Source: Octopus vulgaris | Lineage: Eukaryota | Direction: 5' to 3' | DNA length: 64,000 bases | Assembly (NCBI GenBank): GCA_951406725.2 | Contig: OX597814.1 | Span: forward strand, 162,130,001 to 162,194,000 | In this document: piece by piece, positions 27,600-38,745 of the stretch | How the letters are laid out: every line of letters begins with the position of its first letter | How positions within the stretch are numbered: the first letter of the stretch is position 1 | Translations under genes and position numbers: made by a program | Notes under the pieces: model-generated | Told to the model about the DNA's origin: nothing | Databases searched by the model: none | What the model saw: only the letters and a program-made list of their open reading frames with translations

Positions 27600-30150
27600 T
27601 ATTTTATTGGCTGCCAACTGGTGGACTGTTATTAGCATTAAAGCTTGCTTTAGATTTATTGGAAATGATACTGGTTAAGTAGTGAGTTGGACAAAGCTGC
27701 CCGTCTAATATCTCAGATAAAAATTTGTCTAAACGTTCTTTGAACACATCCACTTCTCATACAGCCCTGAAACCTTTTGGTGAGGTATTGAAAAGTTGGG
27801 GTGTTTGAACCCTAAGCTTTGGGTCCTTACTTTGGACTGAGACAACTAGGTCTTTTGTACAAGGCAGTGGCATCCAGTTCAGTGATTGGTATAGCTTTCT
27901 ATCCTTAAGACGGTTACTAGACCTTCTAGGAACTTACATATAATCACAACATATCTTTCCCATCTTATGTCTTCCATCTAAGAAGTAGAACCTCAATTCT
28001 TTTAGCCTCTCCCAGTAGCTCCTCTTTTGCATCAAAGCAATCTTGGTGTAGTGGCATTGGATTACCTCAAATTCTGCTGTTAGTCACCAGGATTACTACT
28101 TCTGATTACGATCACCACAAACGGAGAACAAATGTTCACGTGAGCAACAGTTTCCTTTTTCTGTGTTCTGACCATGAATGATCTCAAAATTTAAGAAATA
28201 ATGTGCACATGAAATGAAACATCACAACTCATGCGGACACCTAGGTTATGCACTGGCTGACTCCAGGATTGAAACAGCTCATGTCCAGTGTATTCTGACA
28301 GCTATCCATTTGTGGGTCAATAGCAGTGTGCCTGAAGTTTGTTAGCATTGAACTACAGGATTTCTTGTATATTGTGTTCAGGTCTTTCTGTAGTTTTGAG
28401 TTAACGTTAAGGTCCTCGACTGCTTGTGATACTTTTGTATCATCAGTATAGCAAATGAGACTGACTGACTTTATGATAGAAGGTGCATATCTGAGAGAAC
28501 CCCCAGTATAGTTCTTTGAGGGATCATCACTAGCTGCAACTCTCTGACTTCTATCTTTTGAAACCATGCAGTCACTCCCCTAGTTTCTGAATGATACCAG
28601 TCACACATACTTTCTCATTCTTTTACTCATTTACTAGTTTCAGCTTGAGAAATGCAGCCATGCTGGTGTGACTGTTGAAGGCTTTGGTAAATTTGAGGTG
28701 TATCAGATCCACAGTTGATCTGCTGTTTCAGTATCCAGTCATAACGCTGTAGTGTATAAGACAGCTCCTTCATGGATGGAATCCATGCTGTGTGTTAGTG
28801 AGAAAGCTATTTTCTTGTCTGAGCGGCAGGCCTGTACTTCTTACCAGCTGCTCTTCCATTGTGGTTAAGAAATACTGGAAAAATACCTGCAGAGCTCTCT
28901 TATTGTTCTTTAAATGAATAATTTGTTAAGCCACCTGGGTACATGCTAAGTTTGTGTGTTCAACTCCTCAATATTTGATATTATGTCTGTCTTTTTACAT
29001 CAATGTAATTTATGGTCACATCCCACCCCCCGTCCAATGTAGATCTTCAGTGTTGAAGAACTCATTAGGCTTGCTTATTTGAAGGCATCCCATTGAGGAT
29101 GTGAAAACAGTTTACAATTGTTTATTTATTATTTCGTTTTCTGTATGCTGTCTGTCAGTGAGTTGGTTTCTTCAATCAGTGGCCCTGTTTTGTAGCACAC
29201 AAAGGTATTTCTTTTGTAAATTTAAATGACTTAGGATTCATTTTTATATTTTCAACTACCTGGTTTCTCTAACTTCGCTTTATTTTACATAGGAGAGTTT
29301 GAGTTCATTTTCTGTCTAAAAGTGCTTTTTTGAGGTGGGACTTCTCACTGTTATTAAATTGTTCATTTAAGTGATTTGGGACCGCTAATTTTCATTTCAT
29401 AAAGTCCCACATGTCTTGGGAAATGCTTTTGTGTGGCTCTTTTCTCTGGGACAGATTTAATGCATATGGCTTGCATTATTAACATAAATTCTGAGATTCA
29501 TGCTAATGCCTTGCTTAGAGTCTTTTAGGCCAATTTTGTTTCAGGATCTCTTTTTGAATAGATTTCCAGTACAGTTTGGGTGCTTCTTGAGTAGTACACA
29601 TCTTTAAATAATTTTGGAGCATAAATTGTTAGTTCTATTATTTGTGGTCTGAGAAAATTGTTGGCAACACCATACCTTCACACTGAAGATAAATTCCATG
29701 TTATTGGTGAAACCAAGATCTAAGATGTTGTTCCTTGTTGGGAACAATATATTTTGTTCCATATTATTTTTTTACAAAAGCAAGCAATGATTTTGCAAGA
29801 TTCTGTTTTTTTGCATGTCAGGCTATTTGATATTGAGAAGTTGGAGTTACACATCAGAAGTACCTTAGAGATTTGATTTAGTTTCATTATTACTTCTTAA
29901 AGCTTTCTGAAAACTTTTCATTATGATTTGAGGAAGCAGGCGAATGATAGTGTGCTAATTACCACATAAATTTGCTTTATATGCACTTTGAGTATGTCAC
30001 AAACTGAATTTCAGTGTGAAACAGAATTAAATGTGTGATATCTTCCCTAATGTATATGGCCACTCCCCTATGACTTTTCTTTTTCTCTTCTGCCACTACA
30101 AAACACAACATACTTAGATATATATGTATATCTGCATCATATGTCAGTAG
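27600..30150 (-). mobile_element. Highly decayed CR1-like LINE (endonuclease, RT and C-terminal fragments)
   Basis: PTRNNILDLGFTNN (~29700-29741), YTDDTKV (~28440, YADD-like) and VDVFKERLDKF (~27721-27753). Confidence 0.72.
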
Positions 30151-31274
30151 ATAGATGTGTTCTGGTACATACTATGCACATTTCCTGACTGCAGGCAGGT
30201 GTGTGTTTGTAGAAACTGTTACAAACCAATCATTGAGAATTCTGAATACATTTAACACATATATTGCAAGTGGTATAACAATTGTAACATAAGCAGAAGA
30301 CTCATCAGTCAATTACAAATGTGCATGTATGTACATATGTACAAATGTTTATGTGGTTTGTGTGTTAATGTCTATGTATTGCTACCCAGAACCATTTCCC
30401 TTGTTAGCCAGTTTTCATTTATTATTATTATTATTATTCTCTACCAGCTTGTTACACTGATCCACTAAATTCTCTCATGTACAAACCTGCCTCTCCCTCA
30501 ACTAACACCTTCTGTAACCTGACCACATGTCATTTCTCTTGTCCTCCTGCTGTTCTTACTCTGTTCACTTCTGCATCTCTGTAATTTCCCCAACTCATGT
30601 ATCAATACTCATCCCTCATTTCCTACATTCACCCATCAACTCTAGTTGTTTCCTCCCTTCTCTCGCCCCTCCATATATTCTTGCAAACACCCCATCCACA
30701 TTTCTAGTTCCTGTCTCACTCCTGATCATCTCATACATGCCTGAGAGGCCACCTGAACACCTCATCACCAATATTTCTTTGCAGCTCCATTACAAGAACC
30801 TGCTATACACCACCCACTTCTCTCAAAAGCCAACCCTCTTCTCATGTTTCAAAGTCTTGCAAGCTGCAGGCAACCTCACATAATACACACTGTAAAGTGG
30901 TTAGCATGAGGAAAGGCATCCAACTGTAGAAACCAAGCCAAAGCCGGAACTGGAGAATAATGCAGCCCTTGGACCCAGTGGATCCTGTCAAACTGTCCAG
31001 TCCAGCAAGGAACATGGACAATAAATAAAACCTGCACAGATGATTTGTTTATGACCAAATGCTTATACTGTACATTAAGCTCATTCCCTCCAATAAAATG
31101 ACATTACCTGTAAAGGCACATGGTGTGCCATACGTCAGATGTCAAACTGATTGCAGAGTGGTGTGAAATGAAGTGAATTGCACAAGGATACAACACACTG
31201 CCTGGTCCAGGAATCAAAACCACAACTTTAGGATGGTGAGTACAACATATATATGCATGTTTGTTTATTTATAT

Positions 31275-31412
31275 GCGTTAGGAAGGACATCCAGCTGTAG
31301 AAACATTGCCAAATCAGACTGGGCCTGGTGCAGCCTTCTGGCTTCCCAGACCCCAGTTGAACCGTCCAACCCATGCTAGCATGGAAAGCGGACGCTAAAT
31401 GATGATGATGAT
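31275..31412 (+). mobile_element. RTE-type 3' tail fragment, tail-to-tail with the 31415 copy
   Basis: ggaaggacatccagctgtagaaac...ccatgctagcatggaaagcggacgctaaatgatgatg is the approximate reverse complement of 31415-31563. Confidence 0.85.
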
Positions 31413-31414
31413 AT

Positions 31415-32225
31415 ATCATCATCATCATCATCATCATCGTTTAACGTCCGCTTTCCGCGCTAGCACGGGTTGGACGGTTTGACCGGGTCTGGGAAGCCAG
31501 GGCCGCTCCAGGCTCCAGTCTGAATCTGGCAGAGTTTCTACGGCTGGATGCCCTTCCTAACGCCAACCACTCCGTGAGTGGATTGGGTGCTTTTTACGTG
31601 CCACCTGCACAGGGGCCGGAGGGTCCGGCATCGTCACGATCGGATTCGAGCATTTTAACGTGTCAGCGGCACGGGGGCAACGAGGTCCGGGGTACTTTGG
31701 GGATCCGGGGTACTTTGGGGATCCGGGGTACTTAGAATGGGTAGGGGGGTACTTAGAATGGGTAGGGGGGATGTGGAATTGCTGCAGAAAGCAGCCCGGG
31801 TCTTTGTAGTCACAGCATATCTCCAGAGATCTCGGTCCTTCGCCATTGCCTCAGTGAGGCCCAATGCTCTTAGGTCATGCTTGACCACCTCATCCCATGT
31901 CTTCCTGGGTCTACCTCTCCCCCTGATACCTTCAACTGTTTGGGAGTGGCACTTCTTCACACATCTCTCTTCATCCATCCGCAGCACATGACCATACCAT
32001 CGCAAGCGTCGCTCTTGCACACCACATCTGATGCTTCTTATATCCAGCATTTCTCTCAGGATACTTACACTCTGTTTTGCGTGCACACTGACACTACACA
32101 TCCAGCGGATCATGCTAGCTTCATTTCTTTCAAGTCTACGCATGTCTTCTGCAGTCACAGCCCATGTTTCATTACCGTGAAGCATGGCAGTTCGCACACA
32201 TGCATCATATAATCTACCTTTTGCT
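31415..32225 (-). mobile_element. Young 5'-truncated RTE LINE copy
   Basis: Open frame KGRLYDACVRTAMLHGNETWAV...QERRLRWYGHVLRM...GRGRPRKTWDEVVKHDL; CpGs retained; (CAT)n tail; 5' end abuts (TA)n. Confidence 0.92.
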
Positions 32226-32290
32226 CTATATATATATATATATATATATAGGCTGCACATATATACGCATGTGTATGTGTATATATGGTA

Positions 32291-33295
32291 GAGGGGTATT
32301 TGAGGCTACTTAATTGTCAGTATATTTACACTCTTCAGACCAATAAAAAAATATTTTTATTTCGTTCTGATCCCCTGTGGCAGAAAAATCCTTACAACTA
32401 GAAATGAAAGACATGCAGTCATTGTTGCTTTTGTGTGTGCTTACTTTCTATATGTTACAAAGTTCAGATGGCCCTGGAAGCCTTTCAACTGTATAAAAGG
32501 GAGAAAAAAAATCTAAACATTCAGACACTATAAGGACACGACAATTCACCCAATGGGTTCAAAGCATTATTGAAGGCGATCACCAAAGAATTTCAGATGT
32601 CAGATTGGACTCTCAGAACAATAATCAACAAGGACATTCAACACAAGTCATAAAAGCTTAAGGTTTAACTCTCACAAACAAGGTTTGCTTTGGTTCTTCT
32701 CTGATGAGAAATGCACTTTCCAAGACCAAAGGTCTAACAGGAAATGATAGATGGTTATGTGCCAATCCTTTTGATATCCCCAGAGTGATGTACACAAAGT
32801 TTACAGTGACGGTGACGGCTTTAGGAGAAGTAAATGAAGGTCATGTCATGTCACCTAACCTCTTTCTGCTTGGTCTTATATTTAATGTTACTGGTACATA
32901 GTGGAAAACCATATCTGCTCCAGCAATTTCTCACAAAGCTCACATAACTCAAGAATGGATCACAATCTTTATGATCATATAACACCAAACTTGTGGGCCC
33001 CCAAACTCGCCAGATTTAAATTGGGTAAATACATTTAAAGCCTTGTTGAAAGGGAGACTTAATTAACATCCTCAGCTTCACCGAAGGCTGCCATCAAGAT
33101 AATGACCAAAATGAATAAGGACCATTTAGTGTAAGCATCTCAACAATTTCAATCCCACAGTAAAGTACTCATTGAAGCTGAAACCATAGAATATAACATT
33201 AAGAATGTGCACAAATTTTTATTAAAATACATTTGGTTTCTTGAGAGATTAGAATTGTTTTATTTAATTACCAAATATATCCTCAAATACTTTTG
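32291..33295 (+). mobile_element. Degenerate mariner-like element (probably DD37D/maT) with decayed TIRs
   Basis: DIPRVMYTKF...EGHVMSP and a frameshifted W-PNSPDLN (~32993-33020); TIR-like ggggtatttgagg / cctcaaatactttt. Confidence 0.65.
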
Positions 33296-33306
33296 TGTGT
33301 GCGTGA

Positions 33307-33343
<37 letters not shown>

Positions 33344-33369
33344 GCATGTAATGTACATACACACATATA

Positions 33370-34710
33370 TATCATTTAGCAACCATGTTCTATGCCGCCA
33401 TGGATTGGATGTCTTGACAGGATCTAAAAGATCCAAGGACTATGACTGTTTTAGCATGGTTTCTACAACTGAGTGGCTTTCTTAACTACTTTACAGTGTG
33501 TAATGGGTACCATTTTCATGACACTGGCACCAGTGAGGTCTCTATGCAGCTCACAATTATAACATTGCCTCTGAGTAGGACAAAAGTAGAAATAGAGAGT
33601 TTTAAGAAGGATGGATGGATATCAAGTGAAATGGTTCTGGATAGGGAAGAAAAGTTCTTACGGGGAAAAGCTGAAATTAGCATTTCTGCTCATGATTACA
33701 ACAAAATATAATTAGGTAGGTGATGGGGATGGTTTGAAGAAATGGTGAGAGACCCAATTGTTCACACATGCAGTGCTTCTAGAGGTTCAGTTTCACCAAA
33801 ATGGTATGGTCTTCCCGTATAATGCATACTGCCAGTCATCTTAGTCCTTTGCCATTTCTGTAAGGGTGAAGGTGCTGAGATCAGCCTTCCACAATCCATC
33901 CCATATTTTCTTGGATCTCCCTCTTCCACAAGCTCCATCCACATTAATAGACTGGCACTTACACAACTGCCTGCATCCATATGCACAAATACATATCAGT
34001 GTTGTCCAATTCCTCTTATGCCTATGCCTTTTCCCCTCACCCTGAAAGAAAAGACCTTCATTACCAGTAGTAGTAACAGCTCCTCGAAATTTCTCCGCCT
34101 TATCTTTACTCTGGCTTATATACTTTTTTAACAACTACCTCTTCTGCTAATTACATCTAGGTAACAAAAGCTACCAACTACTTCTAGTAAACCACCATGG
34201 CGTCTATGAGAACATGGTGTTGCCCATAGCACATTTGCCCCAGTGTATTCATCACATTCAAAGCTTATCTTCTGTCTGTCTGCCTTCATTCCACTATATT
34301 TTCTTATGTTCACTACATACATTGGGTACAGAGTATGGAGTTCATACCTATTCCTTTTCTGCATACCAAGCAAACTCACTTCCCTAAAGATACTAGGTTC
34401 CTGTCTTCTTTCTTAGTTACTGAAATCATCTTTGCTTAGTTTCCTTTGGAGCCTCCTAGTTCTAGGTTTAGCTTTCATTCCTGGAATTTCCTTGCTAACT
34501 CCACTATAGATTCAGTCATGAGAACTAGATCATTAACATATAGAAGTTCCATGGACAGCCAGTCTTAAACCCCTTTGAACTCTTTTGTGATGGCTCATAG
34601 GTCTAAGGTGAATAGGAGAGGACTGAGTCATGATGGACTCCTACCTTCAGGTTAATTTCATTAATGAAATTGTTAACTCACTTTTTGCATTTTTGTACAC
34701 AGTTTGTACA
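33370..34710 (-). mobile_element. Degenerate RTE LINE remnant
   Basis: Fragments VDGACGRGRSKKIWD, LEVVGSFCYL and a decayed LSPLLF/YADD region; tail near 33370. Confidence 0.75.
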
Positions 34711-34959
34711 ACCCTAAATAAGCTGTGTGTGTACATGCTAACATGTATACACATACATCTGTTCATATAGATTTGCACACACAGTTTTACCTTACATATA
34801 TTACTTATATAAATTTTTACTTTAATTGTTACTAGTTTCAGCCAGAGGCTGTGATCATACTAGAGCAATATCATATGTATGATTGCTAGTTTATTTCATT
34901 TCATGTACACATACCTTGTTCCAAGTTGCGTTCACATGAATCAGTGAGTTGGACAATGG

Positions 34960-35450
34960 TTCCTTCATTTGTGTTTCTTGTTGTGATATGGATTTATCTA
35001 GTAACTCAATATAAACATGTCAAAGTGTTTTTTGAGCATATCCATGTCTACACATCATAGACAAGGCCCCACCCACCAAATGTTAAAAAGCTATAGGCCT
35101 TCAACACCAAACTGCTACAATATTGGGTCCTCAGTGTAGACGGAGAAGTTGGGATCTTTTGGCACTATACAGTGGTATCCAGTTTAAGGGATAGATTTCA
35201 ATCTTAAAATTAGGTGCTAAACCCTCCAGGTTCTTCTGTACCACTGCCTATCACTCCTGCCTTCACTCTAGAGAGTAGAACCTCTTTAAGTCTCTTCCAG
35301 TTACTCAGCTGGTACAGTAAGGCAATCTTCTTGGTGTAACAGCATTAGAATGCCAGAATCACCAGCGTTAGTTTGACACTAAATGGTGACTATACCTATA
35401 CAGACATGTCCATGGTAAATAGATACACATAATCTTTACTTAACACTGAA
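34960..35450 (-). mobile_element. Second CR1-like 3' remnant
   Basis: Decayed similarity to 27700-28100 (tccatgtctac, ggcactatacagtggtatccagtt, ctctagagagtagaacctc). Confidence 0.5.
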
Positions 35451-35584
35451 AACCAGCAACAGGTACCATCCCTATGGATCTTCAAGATCAAATCTGATCA
35501 ATAATTCTCCACTAAATGTAATTAAAAATCTCTATAAAAGTGTGTGTGTGTGTGTGTGTGAAAATAAGAGCTTTTGTGTAAATC

Positions 35585-35755
35585 CCCCACCACCACTTGA
35601 TAACTTGCATTGACTTGTTTACATCCATGCAACTTAGCAGTTCAGCAAAAGAGACCAATAGAACAAGTACCAAACTTAAAAATATAAGTACTGGGGTCAA
35701 TTTGTTTAAACAAACCCTTCTAGGCAGTGCCCTGCAGTCCAATGACTGAAACATG
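35585..35755 (+). mobile_element. SINE 3' half
   Basis: cagcaaaagagaccaatagaacaagtacc...aagtactggggtcaatttg...tgactgaaaca, matching 49480-49605. Confidence 0.72.
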
Positions 35756-38709
35756 CAAAAGTGCATACACATAAAAAATTATTAATAGGTGCAAGAGCAG
35801 ATTTTAGTCAAATCAATCACAGTTACAGGTTGAACTGATTTGTCCCAACAAATATTGTTCAAAATTGCATCAGGTACAAAAAAGTAAATGCTTCAATGGT
35901 TGAAACAACTGACAAAGTGGCTGGTATCATAGTTCTCAACCCACATCAAATTTATTTCATAGCTGATTATATCCTTTCTAAGAAGTAGCTTTCCAGGCAG
36001 TGCTGAGATTCAATGTTGTTGCTTTGTACATGCAAAAAGTAGCTAGTAAATCAAAGTTGGCTGCAACTACCAGACTAGATTTTAGGCAATTATCTAGACG
36101 GATTAGTCTAGTTTTTAATGAGAATATAATGAATATATTTACGAATTTTTGAAACCCAACAAAAGAAAAACAAAATAGCTATAAATTTGCTTTTAAAAAC
36201 ATTACTTCATTAATAAAGTTTAAAACAGGAAATATCTAATAAGGCATTAATAAATCAATGGCAAAACTTCGTAATGGTGGGGTGGGAGAACACTGCAATT
36301 CATTATGCATACCCTATTCTAGAAATATCAGAACATTACTAGGTCTTCAATGTAAACTGAAGTTGAGGTGCATTCTTTTTTCTCTCAGTGAGTTGGTATG
36401 GAAAAAAAAAAAAAAAAAAAGAAAAAGAAAAAGAAAAAAAAAAGCAATTATTCAAAATTATTAAGTATCAGAGTACTAACAAAATGTATATCAACTATAT
36501 CGCTATAGTAGAGAGGTTAGTACATCCTAAAGTTAAATTTATAACTGAATTTTCCTTATGTAGGAAAACACTGGTAGAAGATTCAGAATCAAATACAAAA
36601 ACTTATTTATGTTCACAGAGAATAGAAAATTAATCCTCATCATAATTTATAGTCTGCTGGTATGGGTTGGGCAGTTTGATAAGCTCTGGTATTTGCTTTA
36701 GCATGGTTTCTATGGCTAGATGTAAATAATTAGCAAGGAAGCAGTACCTAGGCAAGATAAAATTTTCCAGTTTAAATTGCAAAACTTTTAACTTTCTTAT
36801 TAAATCATTAATGCATTTCTTCAATAGATATATTCCTTTGTAATTTCAATTAAAAACATGGTACCTTATATACCAGATATCTTTCTCTTCACTATATACA
36901 TCACAGAAGGCTTAATTTAAAATAAAAATATTTTCTTAGGAACTTTTGACACTGAATTGCTTAAGATAATGTCAAGAGTGTGTTTTGGGACACCATTCCT
37001 AAACTAGTAACCACAACTGCAAATATATTAAAGACATTGCTGCATTAAGAATAACAAAAAGGTTTGATACTTTACAAATCAATAGAATGCATTATGAATT
37101 CGGATGCATAGGATTTCAAAAGTAAAATGTTTAATCTCCAGTTCATTCCTGACTGATCAGACTTTATAGTCAAATACACTGTTGCTATAATTTACTGTCT
37201 TCGTTTCATGTTTGTTTGTGTTTTTTCTGGCGGGGGGTGGGGTGGGGTGGCTATTTTACGCTGTGTATCTAAAACTAGACTTTTTAATGTGGCAATATTT
37301 TTCTTTTCTTTTAAAAAACTATGGTGTGACTTGACAAAATAAAAATGGTTACCAAATAAATATACCGAGGATTCTCATTGTTAGCTCACCAACACAAATA
37401 GGCAAATAGAAATAATGCTAATAAAAATATAGATTAAATAGTTACAATGTGTCTTAGTATCTACAATACCTACAATGACGCAGCTCTAATATACATTTTC
37501 TCAATATTGTAAAAACTTAAAGCAATACATTAAAAAAGTTGGAAACTTTAAACAGACAAACCCTACTATTCTCTCACTGGAAAAAAAAAAAAAAAACTGA
37601 ACAGTTCAGGTAATTTACTATTCAACAAAATAAACAATGGTACACAATTTTGCAATACTATTTTCATAACTAGCTAATTCAATATTTTGTTTATTAGTTT
37701 TTGTTTTTTTTTAATTGTTAACTTCTAGTTGAATTGTTTATATTAAACCCCTTTAAGAAAAAAAAAGGTTTACGAAGTATTTAATTGAAAATATAATATT
37801 AGTTTTTCCCATGGATCAGTTTAACAACAGTATCTCCGGAAGTATAAAGGCACATTCAATACATTAAGAATTTAGAAGATCTCCTACTGCCATCATCTAG
37901 CTTACTGTATAGTTTGAAACAATTTCTAAAATGTTATAGAATTAGAAAAATTTGTAAATGTTTGCATTTCCATAATTACAAAGAAATGTAGATTTTATTT
38001 TTGCATTCACAGGAATTTTATTCAAAGGTGAAAAAAAAAAAAAAAGAAAAACCCGTTCAGTGCCATTGTTTAATTTGAGAGGTTGACAGCATGTTACATA
38101 CTAAGAATAAAAACAATTGAAGAAAGAATTCATTGTTTATGAATACATTTTTATGAAGAAACAGGAATATGCTTATGTGCGAAGATTCATAAAGAATATT
38201 AAGAGCAATATGTTACATGAGAAAAAAAAAATTTTTAGGAGAGAAGATAAAAGAAAAAACTCTCAACACCGTAACACCGAGTTTTCTCTAATGAACTCTT
38301 GTCTTATTTACATGTCTCTTGTCACCATCACAATATGCTTCCATCAGATGACAAGTCAGCAAAATGAAATACTGCTATTAATTAAAGATCAATTTTATCT
38401 GAATGAAGTGAAATCATGTAAGTATAAATAAATGTATGCCCACTCTAATGCACATATGCATCAAGTGAAAGTATGGGCATATGTGCACATACGTATTTTA
38501 CCAGCTGCATGTATCTGTACATGTGTGTGTACTTGTGCACATCTGTATGTATGGCAGTTATGATATAAAGCAAATGGCAAGTAAGTGATAAGATGAATAA
38601 ATGCAACTAGATACTAGTTTAATGGTTCAAGCAGTCTTATCAGCAGATGAATTGAGGTTGACTCAGCACTAAGAAATTAATGAATGATTTACAATATTAA
38701 GGGGCCTAC

Positions 38710-38745
38710 CTTTAAAGTCTCGTTCTTTCCCCTGTCTTGACACAT
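38710..38745 (-). CDS. RXR: Candidate alternative RXR T-box micro-exon (36 nt, inserts DVSRQGKERDFK)
   Basis: Long T-tract + aaaag|ATGTGTCAAGACAGGGGAAAGAACGAGACTTTAAAG|gtaggc. Symmetric phase 1-1, no stop, purine-rich. Branch-like ttctgat upstream. Confidence 0.5.

Noticed and set aside
37229-37250. G-run cluster (possible G-quadruplex)
   Set aside because: Short, isolated, and on the strand opposite the RXR transcript; no supporting context.
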